Origin: Candidatus Taenariivivens baikalensis
GTDB lineage: Bacteria; Omnitrophota; Omnitrophia; Omnitrophales; Aquincolibacteriaceae
Direction of reading: 5' to 3'
Assembly: GCA_009691445.1 (NCBI GenBank)
Contig: SICL01000002.1
Location: 63-64,062, forward strand
Length of the DNA stretch: 64,000 bases
The translations under genes were made by a program, and so were the position numbers. The stretch's first letter is position 1; the number at the start of each line of letters is the position of its first letter. Of the stretch, positions 45,355 through 55,077 are shown piece after piece. The notes beneath the pieces were generated by a model, which was given only the letters and a program-made list of their open reading frames with translations, was not told the DNA's origin and did no database searches.

Positions 45355-45981
45355 TTAAATCTCTAGAAAATTTCCTAATAAAATCAAACCGTTCGTTTGG
45401 CTTTTTTCCGGATGAAATTGAGTGCCGCATATATTGTTCACCTCAAATGCAGCGAGGAACTCAGTGCCATAGTTGCAAGTCCCCCAATTCCCTTTCAGTT
45501 CTGCGCCAAGCATGCGATAGGAGTGAACAAAGTAAAAATCAGCGGCAGGAGGCAATGAGCGAAATAATCCTGAGCATTTGGCAAAATGAACCGTATTGAA
45601 TCCCACATGAGGGATTTTATTTCGGTTGAGTTCTTGCGGTGAAAATTTATCAACGGCATTCGAAATCAATCCAAGGCCTTTCGTCTTACCATCTTCTGAA
45701 CCGGAAGCACCCAAAAGCTGCATGCCTAGACAGATTCCTAATATTTTTGCACCGCGAACTTTAACAGCCTCTAAAATCGCCTGTTCAAGACGCGTGCGTC
45801 TCAAGGTTTCCATTGCTTTTCTAAAGGAGCCTACGCCCGGTAAAATTAAGAAATTCGCCTCGCGAACTTGATCAGGATCGCTGCTTAAGAGGGATTGTCT
45901 TCCCAAGTAGCGGACCGCACTCTGAACTGACCAAAGATTGCCCATTCCATAATCGATCGTAACAATCTTTTTTTGTGACAT
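45355..45981 (-). CDS. HisH-like class I glutamine amidotransferase subunit
   Basis: 208 aa. IVTIDYGMGNLWSVQSA...ILPGVGSF plus the catalytic Cys region GICLGMQLL. Confidence 0.85.
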   Translation of the reverse strand: MSQKKIVTIDYGMGNLWSVQSAVRYLGRQSLLSSDPDQVREANFLILPGVGSFRKAMETLRRTRLEQAILEAVKVRGAKILGICLGMQLLGASGSEDGKTKGLGLISNAVDKFSPQELNRNKIPHVGFNTVHFAKCSGLFRSLPPAADFYFVHSYRMLGAELKGNWGTCNYGTEFLAAFEVNNICGTQFHPEKSQTNGLILLGNFLEI

Positions 45982-47126
45982 TAGAGGGTTGTAAAAACCG
46001 GGATCCAGCGCCCATTTTCTTTTTTAAATAAATTTTTATTTGCCCATTGATCGAGCACAGCATCAAATTCATTTTGAGTCATCTGATAATAATCCAGATA
46101 GGTTTCAATGAATTCTTCAGGATAATGTCCATCATAAAGACGAACGAGATTGATTGCTTGGTCACGAGTCATCGCGCCGCGACGGATTTCGATTCCTGCA
46201 TCTTGGGTGGCTCTTCCAAAACCAAATTTAAGATACATCATATAAGTGTGAAGGGCATATAAAGCCTGATCATTCTGGGCAAAATTTGTAAACGTGCCGG
46301 TATTATTTTCAGTAGCCTCCTGCAAACCACAATGTTCTTTCGCCGTCAAATAGTTCTGATAAGGGTCCCAGGATTCAAAATAAGACCAGTGGGTGATTTT
46401 TAGATCCTTGCCTTTCAGTTCCCGGTCGGATGGGAATGAAAAGAAGTACAATTCAGCGTCGCTTAGGCCGCACGAGTTAAGTATCCTTTCATGGCCGCCC
46501 TCGAGATAAATCCTTTTCATGTAAGCAATGTCATAAACGGGATGATTTTTCGATTCCGAAGATCCGCCATATTCCACCTCACCATCCTCTCCATAAAACA
46601 GAAGCGGGATATTTAGATTCACCGCGAGACGGACGACGGCGGCTTGCACCGCCACTAACCAGCCATAATAGGGGAATCCTTTCTCGATAAATCCCTGACG
46701 ATTCAGGATGCGCATAACTTTTGGATTGGGATTGATCTGAATATGGTTATGCCCGCTCTCGATATAATTTCGAAGATTTTTATTCCCCAAATCGAGCGAC
46801 AAAGCAGGGGTCACAGTAATTGCCAAAGGATTCATTCCATGGTTATGCTTGAGCTGATATGAAACATAAGAGCCATCTTTTCCTCCGCTGACAGGGACGA
46901 CACAATCAAAAGTTCCTGATGAAGATTTGTACTGATTGAGGATTTCAGTCAGCTCATTTCTCCGCGAATCCCAATTAAGATTCCTTTTTTCCTCCATCCA
47001 TTGGCAGGCATTGCACCATCCCCTGTCATCAAAGGTAATGCGCGGACGGGTTGACATGTTGAGACAGTTTTTGCACCAAAAAACTTTACTGCTGGAATGA
47101 GTCATAAACTTTTCCTGATTAAGCAT
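45981..47126 (-). CDS. N-acetyl sugar amidotransferase (WbpG/PseA/LegA-like, PP-loop ATP pyrophosphatase)
   Basis: 381 aa. N-terminal CKNCLNMSTRPRITFDDRGWCNACQW zinc-ribbon and PP-loop VPVSGGKDGS. This is the hallmark of acetamidino-forming amidotransferases. Confidence 0.85.
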   Translation of the reverse strand: MLNQEKFMTHSSSKVFWCKNCLNMSTRPRITFDDRGWCNACQWMEEKRNLNWDSRRNELTEILNQYKSSSGTFDCVVPVSGGKDGSYVSYQLKHNHGMNPLAITVTPALSLDLGNKNLRNYIESGHNHIQINPNPKVMRILNRQGFIEKGFPYYGWLVAVQAAVVRLAVNLNIPLLFYGEDGEVEYGGSSESKNHPVYDIAYMKRIYLEGGHERILNSCGLSDAELYFFSFPSDRELKGKDLKITHWSYFESWDPYQNYLTAKEHCGLQEATENNTGTFTNFAQNDQALYALHTYMMYLKFGFGRATQDAGIEIRRGAMTRDQAINLVRLYDGHYPEEFIETYLDYYQMTQNEFDAVLDQWANKNLFKKENGRWIPVFTTL

Positions 47127-47147
47127 AATTTTAAAAGAGGTTCAGTG

Positions 47148-47966
47148 TTACCAAACCGTTAATCCCCCATCAACAATAAGGTTGTGCCCTGTGACATAAC
47201 TTGAGGCACCGGAAGCAAGATAGATAAGAGCACCCACCATTTCTTGAGGATGAGCCATTCGCCCTAGAGGAACACGGTCGGAATATTTCTTTTGAAACGT
47301 TTTATTTTGCCCGCTAAAGACTCCTCCAGGTGTAAGCGTATTGACGCGAATTTTATGAGGAGCCAAGTGGGTTGACAAATATTTTGTTAGAGCAATCACG
47401 CCGCCCTTTGAGGCAGAGTACACGGCGGGATTGTTAATCTCTTGATTGAGATAAAACGACCCTTGATAGGTTCGCGGATCATGTGACGAAAGGCCATAAA
47501 TGGACGCCGTTTGTATAATTGAGCCGCCTTTTTCTTGCTTTATCATTTGGCTACTGACGGCCTGCGCGACGAGGAACATTGCATCCAGATTGATCGCCAT
47601 AATTTCCCGCCATGTTTCTAGAGAGTAGCGTTCAAATTTCTCAAAAAACGCATGGGCGTCTTTTGATTTTCCGGCGGCATTATTATGGAGGATGTGAACG
47701 GTTTTAAAGGTTTTAAGGATTTGTCGGAGCATTTCGTTTACATTTTGCGGTTGTGTAATGTCGCAGCCCACGCCTAAAGCTTTTATTTTATATTTTTGAT
47801 TCAATTTTTTTGCTAGAGAAACCGCCTCTTTTTCGCGGATATCCACAATCGCCACATGAGATCCGCGGGCAGCCAAGGCTTCACAGAAATGCTTCCCTAA
47901 GATCCCGCAGCCGCCAGTGACAATGGAAGTTTTCCCTTGAAGGCTAAACAGGTCCTTAAAACTCAT
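47148..47966 (-). CDS. Short-chain dehydrogenase/reductase (PtmA-like)
   Basis: The start MSFKDLFSLQGKTSIVTGGCGILG is chosen at 47966. It has the classic SDR TGxxxGxG and YxxxK. Its position matches ptmA of the Campylobacter legionaminic acid locus. Confidence 0.75.
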   Translation of the reverse strand: MSFKDLFSLQGKTSIVTGGCGILGKHFCEALAARGSHVAIVDIREKEAVSLAKKLNQKYKIKALGVGCDITQPQNVNEMLRQILKTFKTVHILHNNAAGKSKDAHAFFEKFERYSLETWREIMAINLDAMFLVAQAVSSQMIKQEKGGSIIQTASIYGLSSHDPRTYQGSFYLNQEINNPAVYSASKGGVIALTKYLSTHLAPHKIRVNTLTPGGVFSGQNKTFQKKYSDRVPLGRMAHPQEMVGALIYLASGASSYVTGHNLIVDGGLTVW

Positions 47967-48690
47967 GGTAATTCCCCTGGTTTTGATGCTGACGATCCAT
48001 GAGAAGTTTGACCACTTCAAAATCCAGATCATGATCAATATCCACGGAACGCTCAGGCGGCATTTCGTAAAGCAATGTGTCGGAATAAAAAATAGCAGGA
48101 TTTTCAATAAAGCGATTCCGTTTCCAGACATAAATTGACGCATTCATGTCGTAACATGCTGGTGAATCTTGCCGGCGGACAACCGGTGTCGGAGTATTTT
48201 TGGAAAGACGGACAAAGCCCTCCGAATTATTTTCTACCAGATTAAAATAGGGCGAATGCCGGGATCGTGCCGCAGTGATGACGTTAGAAACTTTGCGCGA
48301 GTCAAAGAGCCGAACCGCATGATGGATATCCTGAATCGTCCTCAAAGGGGATGTGGCATCCAGATCAACGATCGTTTCGTAAGCATACTTCTTGATTTTT
48401 TCAATTTCAAGTACCGCGTGCCGGATTGCAGGAAGTTTGGATGCCGTATCAGTCGCCATTTCTTCGGGACGCTTCAGGAAGTAATCCGCTCCCCATTCGC
48501 GGCTAACCTTGAGAATATCATCTGAATCACTACTGACAACAACGGCATCAAAAAGTTTTGAATCTTTAGCTTGTTGAAGTGTGTGAGCGATCAAGGGTTT
48601 CCCTTGAATCAGCATAATGTTTTTATTTTTGAGGCCTTTGGAACCGCCTCGTGCACAGATCGTGCAAATTCGCTTTATCGGTGTATCCAC
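47956..48690 (-). CDS. CMP-nonulosonate (acylneuraminate/legionaminate) cytidylyltransferase, NeuA/LegF/PtmB family
   Basis: 244 aa. ICARGGSKGLKNKN is the NeuA-family signature. Confidence 0.85.
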   Translation of the reverse strand: MDTPIKRICTICARGGSKGLKNKNIMLIQGKPLIAHTLQQAKDSKLFDAVVVSSDSDDILKVSREWGADYFLKRPEEMATDTASKLPAIRHAVLEIEKIKKYAYETIVDLDATSPLRTIQDIHHAVRLFDSRKVSNVITAARSRHSPYFNLVENNSEGFVRLSKNTPTPVVRRQDSPACYDMNASIYVWKRNRFIENPAIFYSDTLLYEMPPERSVDIDHDLDFEVVKLLMDRQHQNQGNYHEF

Positions 48691-49586
48691 TTGAAGTCCT
48701 TTGCTGCTTCTTCAGCCGCTTCAATCATTTTTACGACATCTATTCCCTCTTCAAAAGAGCATAGCGATTCTGTGTTTCCGGAGAGCACGGCTTCGTGCTG
48801 CCGAAGATAGGTGTGATTTTTATCCATGGGATACTGCTCAATCTGATCATCGGTCTCAAGTGTATTCTGGACTAAATCGGCTTTGAACGTCTGATTGTCT
48901 GTTTGGATGATAATCTCACGCCGGGATTTTCTATCCAGGTAGTTCATTTGTAAAGAGACCAAAGGACATCGCCTTGTTTTTAGCAGGAGAGAATAAGCAT
49001 CGTCACTATCTAGGGTGTTATCGCTGAAGCGCCCTCCGACTGCCGTTAAAGCCTGCCAACCCCCAAGAAGCCAGTTCAAATAGTCCAGTTCATGACTTAA
49101 ATCCCGAAGGACACCCCCGCCGCCTGCTCGGGTTGCGGAGTATCCCAATCGCCCATCAGGCCTCCAGGTGGAAATATGTTTTCCGACGTAGGCTTGAACT
49201 TGAATAATATTTTTAGAGGCGGCAAGGATCATCTTGAGTTTTTGAAGAATGGGATGAAAGCGCAGGTTATAGGCTGTATAAATATAAGTGATCGAATGCT
49301 TTGGGATTGTCACCCTATTGGCAAAAAGGGGCTTTTCGATTAAAACCTTTCCCCTAAAGGACGTATCCGCTAAGGTTTTGAATGAATCAAAATGAGAGCG
49401 GGTATCATTTGCGATCACGACATAATCCGGATTAAAATTCTTGAGACACTCACCGAGCGAAGTAAATAAAGAATCATCATCAGAGTGGTGACGACTGATC
49501 ACTGCGACGTGACAGCCAAGTTCTTTAAGGCAGTTTGCATGACGCACTCCAATGGATCCGTATCCAACCACAGCGGCTTTGATCAT
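48675..49586 (-). CDS. Gfo/Idh/MocA-family NAD(P) oxidoreductase (PtmF-like)
   Basis: 303 aa. N-terminal Rossmann AVVGYGSIGVRH and a Gfo/Idh/MocA C-terminal domain. Confidence 0.75.
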   Translation of the reverse strand: MIKAAVVGYGSIGVRHANCLKELGCHVAVISRHHSDDDSLFTSLGECLKNFNPDYVVIANDTRSHFDSFKTLADTSFRGKVLIEKPLFANRVTIPKHSITYIYTAYNLRFHPILQKLKMILAASKNIIQVQAYVGKHISTWRPDGRLGYSATRAGGGGVLRDLSHELDYLNWLLGGWQALTAVGGRFSDNTLDSDDAYSLLLKTRRCPLVSLQMNYLDRKSRREIIIQTDNQTFKADLVQNTLETDDQIEQYPMDKNHTYLRQHEAVLSGNTESLCSFEEGIDVVKMIEAAEEAAKDFKWIHR

Positions 49587-49589
49587 CGA

Positions 49590-50663
49590 TTAATCTTTGA
49601 CGGAGGGTGCGGGTGCTTTAAAGATTTCCGCAAACTCACCATTCGCACGGACGAGATCCTCAACGCGGCCGACATCAAGCCAATATTCGCGCAGTGGAAA
49701 TGCCGCTGTTTCTTTTTTGTTTTGGATTAAGATTTCAAACAAATTTGGCATATCGAAATACTCGTTTTGAGGAATCAAAGAAATAGCGTCTGGTTCAAAG
49801 GCGTAAATTCCGGCATTGACAAAAAATTTGTGAATAGGTTTTTCGTCGATAGCTTGAATCCGTTGACGGTCGAGCTGAACGACTCCAAAGGGAACCTGGA
49901 AGTCATATTCCCGGACGCACATGGTGCCGAGGGCTTCATGTTCCCTGTGGAATTGGAGAAGCTGCCGAAAATTAATTTTTGTCAACAAATCACCATTCAT
50001 GACAATAAAGGTTTGTTTCGGGGTTTCAGGAAGCAGCGCAAGAGCACCGGCAGTTCCCCGGCGTTCATGTTCATGGAGATAAGTGATATCGGCTCCCCAC
50101 TTGCTACCATTTCCAAAATAATGACGAACCATTTCATCCTTATAATGAACTGAAATAAAAAAACGATGAAACCCCTGTTCAATAAAATTTTGCAGAATGG
50201 TTTCTAAAATAGGCTTGTTTCCCACCGACAAAAGGGGTTTTGGGCAATCATCGGTGAGAGGCCGCAGGCGAGTTCCAAGTCCCCCCGCCATTAAAATGAT
50301 CCAATTGTGGACGGGATCGACTTTTAATAATTCATCAATGATTTTCACATCAATAATCTGGCCTTCAGAGTTAAGAATTGGAAGTTGATGAATTTCACGC
50401 TTTTGCATTGTTTCCCGCGCTAAAATTGGATCATCGCTCATCGCAAGAACGGCCGGGTTATGTCGCATAATTGACTCAACGGGTGCGGAAAGAGGAACTC
50501 CCTTAAGCATGCCCCGGCGAACATCCCCATCCGTGACCGTGCCGCAGAGTTTATTCATGGCATCCACGACAAAAGCGATCTGAATGGAGCCGGCGTCAAT
50601 TTTAGCGATAGCATCGGCAATGGATGCCCCGCTAGCAACAAGTGCTTTCTTCCAGTCCGGCAT
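49590..50663 (-). CDS. CBS-domain plus nucleotidyltransferase fusion (PtmE-like sugar-1-phosphate guanylyl/nucleotidyltransferase)
   Basis: The start MPDWKKAL is chosen at 50663. It has an N-terminal CBS pair, then ILMAGGLGTRLRPLTDDCPKPLL NTP-transferase motifs. The architecture matches PtmE of the GDP-GlcNAc-based legionaminic acid pathway. Confidence 0.75.
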   Translation of the reverse strand: MPDWKKALVASGASIADAIAKIDAGSIQIAFVVDAMNKLCGTVTDGDVRRGMLKGVPLSAPVESIMRHNPAVLAMSDDPILARETMQKREIHQLPILNSEGQIIDVKIIDELLKVDPVHNWIILMAGGLGTRLRPLTDDCPKPLLSVGNKPILETILQNFIEQGFHRFFISVHYKDEMVRHYFGNGSKWGADITYLHEHERRGTAGALALLPETPKQTFIVMNGDLLTKINFRQLLQFHREHEALGTMCVREYDFQVPFGVVQLDRQRIQAIDEKPIHKFFVNAGIYAFEPDAISLIPQNEYFDMPNLFEILIQNKKETAAFPLREYWLDVGRVEDLVRANGEFAEIFKAPAPSVKD

Positions 50664-51292
50664 TAAGCAGTCCTCTTCATTAAATTTTGTGATGCTGATG
50701 AAGCAATGTTGCGAAGGATCGTTGAACCTGCTTTGATAAGGGTGTTGGGGCCGATGTGCCTTTCCTGAATGATCACAGAACCGCTTCCGATGAGCGAGTT
50801 TTCCCCAACAATGACTCCACCGCATAAAGTAACCCCAGGTGCAATATGAACATGAGGCCCAATCTTGCAATCATGATCGATCGAGGATCGGGTATTAATA
50901 ATGGAATTTTCCCGAATAATGGTTCCAGGCTGAACAACGGTTCCGGCCATGATCTGTACCCCCTCACCTATTTGGACATCCGAAGCAATCACGGAAGAAG
51001 GATGGACAACGGAAGCAAAGTTATAACCCAAGGATTTAAAATAAGTAAAAATTCTTTTGCGATGGTCGCTGACCCTAATGGTGCCAAGCCCATTGACTAA
51101 ACGAATTTTTGAATTTGTAAATTCAAGAACGGCGTTATCATCACCCAGGACACTTAATCCTGAAATTTTTTCACCGGCTTTATGTGAAGGGTCAGTGATC
51201 CCAATTATTCTTTCTTTGCGTAGTTTTAACGTCTCAATCAAGACCCTCGCATGCCCCCCACCCCCAAGAATGATAATCGGTGGTTGTTTCAT
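50663..51292 (-). CDS. PglD/NeuD-family hexapeptide-repeat sugar N-acetyltransferase (LegH-like)
   Basis: The start MKQPPIIILGGGGHARVLIE is chosen at 51292. It has an N-terminal Rossmann-like segment plus a left-handed beta-helix (IGEGVQIMAGTVV...GENSLIGSGSVI). Confidence 0.8.
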   Translation of the reverse strand: MKQPPIIILGGGGHARVLIETLKLRKERIIGITDPSHKAGEKISGLSVLGDDNAVLEFTNSKIRLVNGLGTIRVSDHRKRIFTYFKSLGYNFASVVHPSSVIASDVQIGEGVQIMAGTVVQPGTIIRENSIINTRSSIDHDCKIGPHVHIAPGVTLCGGVIVGENSLIGSGSVIIQERHIGPNTLIKAGSTILRNIASSASQNLMKRTA

Positions 51293-52362
51293 AAAGTCAC
51301 CAAGTCGTCTTTGCAAAAGTTTTTGAGAGAAGGACGTCCCAGGAGTTCCCAATATTTATAGGGACTGAGACCCAAGCCGGGTCTTTTGATCGCAAGATTA
51401 GATGATGAAAACAAATCCCCTTTTTTAATCGAGGAGGATGCCACAATGCTTTTTCGGATGGCCGATATGTTTTTAGTTTCACACAAAGAGGGTTTTTTTT
51501 GACCGTCGCCTAGGGCGTATTCAACAGCGCGTATTCCATCGATCATTTGTTTGAGTTCATTAGGTTCAAGAGAAGCAAAGTGATCCGGTCCGGAAAGTCT
51601 TCGATCCAGTGTAAAGTGTTTCTCAATAATGGTTGTTCCCAGAGCGGCTGCGGCGATGGGCACTGCACCTCCCAAGGAATGATCGGACAGTCCGGTGGAA
51701 AGGCTAAAGATTTTTTGCAAAGTCATCATGGCACGTAAATTAATGGCGTGATAAGGAGCTGGATACTCCGTGGTGCATTGAAGCAAAGTCACTTTTTCTT
51801 TCAGAAGCCCCTTTCCTTCCCGAGAATCGTAATAAGATTTAAACTTTCGTTCTGATGGGTCTTCCTTGGCTGAAGAAAGAAATCCAAAGGCTAGCACCGA
51901 GAGTGCTTTTTTAATTTCCTGAAGGGTTGACATTCCCGTTGATAAAATAATAGGCAACTTTTTTCGGGCGACGTGAAGTAAGAACGGAGCGTTTGTAATT
52001 TCTCCTGATGAGATTTTAAAACGCTTAACCCCAAGTTCATATAAAAAGTCTGCACTGGCCTCATCAAAAGGCGTTGAGAGAAATTCGATTTTTTGCTTTG
52101 TGCATTCCCGGAATAAAGCTTGATGACTTCGATCCGTTAACTCCAGGCGCTTAATCATATTCCATTGCGATGAACCCCTAGTCTGTTTCATTTGGTACGA
52201 TGCTTTGGGGGTTGTTTTGGTCAGAAGCGTCTCAGCTCGGAAAGTTTGAAACTTGACCGCGTCTGCGCCCGATGATTTTGCGCAACGCACCATTTCAAGG
52301 GCTCTTTCCACATTCCCATTATGATTGACGCCGGCCTCGGCAATAACATATACGTGTTTCAT
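51289..52362 (-). CDS. Nonulosonic acid synthase (NeuB/LegI/PseI family) with C-terminal SAF domain
   Basis: 357 aa. Starts MKHVYVIAEAGVNHNGNVERALEMV, has the SGADAVKFQTF motif, and ends in an antifreeze-like domain. Confidence 0.9.
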   Translation of the reverse strand: MKHVYVIAEAGVNHNGNVERALEMVRCAKSSGADAVKFQTFRAETLLTKTTPKASYQMKQTRGSSQWNMIKRLELTDRSHQALFRECTKQKIEFLSTPFDEASADFLYELGVKRFKISSGEITNAPFLLHVARKKLPIILSTGMSTLQEIKKALSVLAFGFLSSAKEDPSERKFKSYYDSREGKGLLKEKVTLLQCTTEYPAPYHAINLRAMMTLQKIFSLSTGLSDHSLGGAVPIAAAALGTTIIEKHFTLDRRLSGPDHFASLEPNELKQMIDGIRAVEYALGDGQKKPSLCETKNISAIRKSIVASSSIKKGDLFSSSNLAIKRPGLGLSPYKYWELLGRPSLKNFCKDDLVTL

Positions 52363-53027
52363 CGGGTCTCACGAAGAATCATAAACGCTTCAGCTGCTTT
52401 AACACCGCATTCGGATCCTCGAAGCAGCGCGAGCGCTTTCATTGTATCGGCAGAACGAGGAAACGGATGTTTTCCCCATTCACTTTGATACGTTTTCATG
52501 GCGTTTATTTTTTTTTGCAGGAACGAGGTGATATTGATATATAAATTAGGAACAAATGATTTTTGAGTCGGATCAAGCTTGAAACCTGTTTCAGAAAGGG
52601 TTTCATAGGTATAGATGTTTTTAACCGAAGGAGCACGAAACCATTTTGCTGCAGTCAGCACCGCGTCAAATGCAGCCCGGTGATCACTATGAGCGTCTCC
52701 CGGGAAAGGAACAAATAAGGTATCCGGTTTGATTTCATTGATAACTTTTTTGATTTTAAAGATCAAATCTGATTTTGGAATCTGATCGAGGGAACAAGGA
52801 GAGAATCCGAGATCCCAGGATGAATTAAATCGATAGAATTTTTCGATGGCTTTAATTTCTTTCTCCCGTCGTGAGATTGAAGAAACGGAATAGCCTGAAC
52901 GCGGACTCATTTGTGTAACGCGAATCCAATGGATTCTTTTTCCTTCTGCCCGAAGCCGAAAAAGAGTTCCTCCGCAGCCAAGAGTTTCATCATCGGGATG
53001 AGGAGCGATAACTACAATATTTTTCAT
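52359..53027 (-). CDS. PIG-L/LmbE-family N-deacetylase
   Basis: The start MKNIVVIAPHPDDETLGCGGT is chosen at 53027. AHPDDE is the family zinc-binding signature. Confidence 0.8.
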   Translation of the reverse strand: MKNIVVIAPHPDDETLGCGGTLFRLRAEGKRIHWIRVTQMSPRSGYSVSSISRREKEIKAIEKFYRFNSSWDLGFSPCSLDQIPKSDLIFKIKKVINEIKPDTLFVPFPGDAHSDHRAAFDAVLTAAKWFRAPSVKNIYTYETLSETGFKLDPTQKSFVPNLYINITSFLQKKINAMKTYQSEWGKHPFPRSADTMKALALLRGSECGVKAAEAFMILRETR

Positions 53028-53923
53028 AGATACTCTCCCGCTTTCGGGCATTGAGGAATGTCGTGGCTGAGGATTTGCAGAGCGGATGCGCCGCCGCATT
53101 TTATGGTGAAATGCTTTTTGGAAGCATTAAGAATTTTACCGGGCTCGCAATTATCCTTTAAATTTGTAACTACTTGAGATCTCCAGACAGCAAATTTCTT
53201 TCCGTTGTATCGGCACACAGCTCCAGGATAAGGTTTGGCCAGTGCTCGGATGAGATTGTAAATCGTTTCGGCGGACATTCTCCAATCAATTGCACCGTCC
53301 CCTTCCGATCGTTTTCTCCAAGTATTTCCGTGATCAGCAGGTTGTTTCCCACGTTTAAATTCCCCAGAAGCGAGTGCTAAGCTAAAAGTGGGTATTTGCT
53401 GTTTTGCAATTTTAAGGAGACGCTGATAGAGATCATGCGCATAATCGGTCTTTGAGATTTTTACATTTTTTTGGTCAAGAATATCCCCTGTGTCCGCTTT
53501 CTCATCCATGAAAAAGAAAGTCGATGCGGTTTGTTTTAAGCCGAGGGCTAAAGCCCAGATAATCGGATGCCGTCCTCGATTATAGGGTAGTTTGGCAGGA
53601 TGGTATCCAATGACCCCCAGGCGCGGAATTTCCAAAATTGTTTTTTGCAGCAACCACGACCATCCGAAACAATAAATCACATCAGGGCATATTTCATGAA
53701 GCCATTTCACAAGATTTTCTTCGTTGTGCTGGTCTGCAAGGAAATAAGGGATTTTATGGCGGGCTGCAACGGGCTGAAGTGAAGTGAAATCGCTGTTAAA
53801 ACTGGATGCTTTACGTGTGACAACTCCGGCCACATGATAATGCTTATTTTTTTGCTTCAGAAGATCTCGGAGGCATGACTCGCTGAATTGGACACAACCC
53901 ATAAAAACTATCTTCATCGGCAA
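53024..53923 (-). CDS. Formyltransferase (Fmt/ArnA-N-like, N10-formyl-THF-dependent sugar N-formyltransferase candidate)
   Basis: 299 aa. The formyl_trans_N fold with GVIGYHPAKLPYNRGRHP (HxSLLPxxRG-like catalytic region). Confidence 0.75.
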   Translation of the reverse strand: MPMKIVFMGCVQFSESCLRDLLKQKNKHYHVAGVVTRKASSFNSDFTSLQPVAARHKIPYFLADQHNEENLVKWLHEICPDVIYCFGWSWLLQKTILEIPRLGVIGYHPAKLPYNRGRHPIIWALALGLKQTASTFFFMDEKADTGDILDQKNVKISKTDYAHDLYQRLLKIAKQQIPTFSLALASGEFKRGKQPADHGNTWRKRSEGDGAIDWRMSAETIYNLIRALAKPYPGAVCRYNGKKFAVWRSQVVTNLKDNCEPGKILNASKKHFTIKCGGASALQILSHDIPQCPKAGEYL

Positions 53924-55077
53924 CCTGCCGGAACGTAAAATTTTTTCTTGAGCAAATCCGCACCAAGAGGAAAATATTTTATTTCCTTTTTAATCATCAT
54001 GGATGCCCGGCCCTTGCCGTAAAGGAAATCGGGTTTTACTTTTTTTGATCGTATTAAACCCGATTGAATCGATTGTTTAATTTTTCCTGAATTTTCAGGG
54101 CAATCGATGACCGTTTTAGCGCGCAATCTTCCTTTTTGCCGGTCACCGATATTGATAGAGATTTTCCCCATAAAAGGCGCTTCAATAATTCCGCTGGATG
54201 AATTTCCAACCAGAAGAGTGGCGTGGTGCATCAGGCTTAAGTAGATTTCTTGACCAAGCGACGTGAAAGCAAAAGTACGAGATTTTTTTTCCACATACTC
54301 ATCTATCAATTGATTAATCGAAAGGCCCAGGGGGTCTGTATTGCTTTTAGTAATAATAATGGTCCCTCGCCGAAAATGATTTAGGGCTTTAAAGAGTTCC
54401 TGGGCGGAACGTAACGACTTCTTCCCTTCCAAAGTGACGGGATGATAAGTGACGAGAAAAAGAGGGCTGTGGATTTTTATTTTCAGACAACTTTCAAGTT
54501 CCTGGAGAGTAAGCGCTTTCGTCTTCTTGATGTGGTCAAGTCCCGGAGCCCCATAATTAAATACCCGGTTGGGTTCCTCACCCATTTGGATGATGTGTTT
54601 TCGATAAGTTTCCGAGGCGGCAAAATGAAGATGAGCCATTTTTGTGATCGAATGGCGAATGGCTTCATCGATAAGCCCCTCGGTGGATTCTCCCCCGTGA
54701 ATATGGGCGATGGGGATACGGGCAATCATTGCCGCTTGAGCCGCTGCAAATATTTCATAGCGGTCCCCTAAAATAACGAGCAGATCCGGATTTAATTTTT
54801 TGAGTCCTTTCGCGAAGGAATCCACTCCAATGCCCAGGGATTTACTGACAGCTTCAGGGGAATCGGTTGCTAAGGGCATCCTGGCCTTGTAGGCGATTGA
54901 AAAGCCATCTTTTTCAATCTTTTCAACCGTGCGACCAAATTGTTTTAAGAGATGCGCGGCACCCGCGATCACCTGGAGTTTCAAAGAAGAGTCATTCTGG
55001 ATTTCTTTCATAATCCAATAGAGATGTCCATAATCAGCGCGTGATCCCGTGACGACGCAAATCTTTCTCTTTTTCAT
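53914..55077 (-). CDS. UDP/GDP-N-acetylglucosamine 2-epimerase, hydrolysing (NeuC/LegG family)
   Basis: 387 aa. Starts ICVVTGSRADYGHL, has HIHGGE, and matches NeuC throughout. Confidence 0.85.
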   Translation of the reverse strand: MKKRKICVVTGSRADYGHLYWIMKEIQNDSSLKLQVIAGAAHLLKQFGRTVEKIEKDGFSIAYKARMPLATDSPEAVSKSLGIGVDSFAKGLKKLNPDLLVILGDRYEIFAAAQAAMIARIPIAHIHGGESTEGLIDEAIRHSITKMAHLHFAASETYRKHIIQMGEEPNRVFNYGAPGLDHIKKTKALTLQELESCLKIKIHSPLFLVTYHPVTLEGKKSLRSAQELFKALNHFRRGTIIITKSNTDPLGLSINQLIDEYVEKKSRTFAFTSLGQEIYLSLMHHATLLVGNSSSGIIEAPFMGKISINIGDRQKGRLRAKTVIDCPENSGKIKQSIQSGLIRSKKVKPDFLYGKGRASMMIKKEIKYFPLGADLLKKKFYVPAGCR

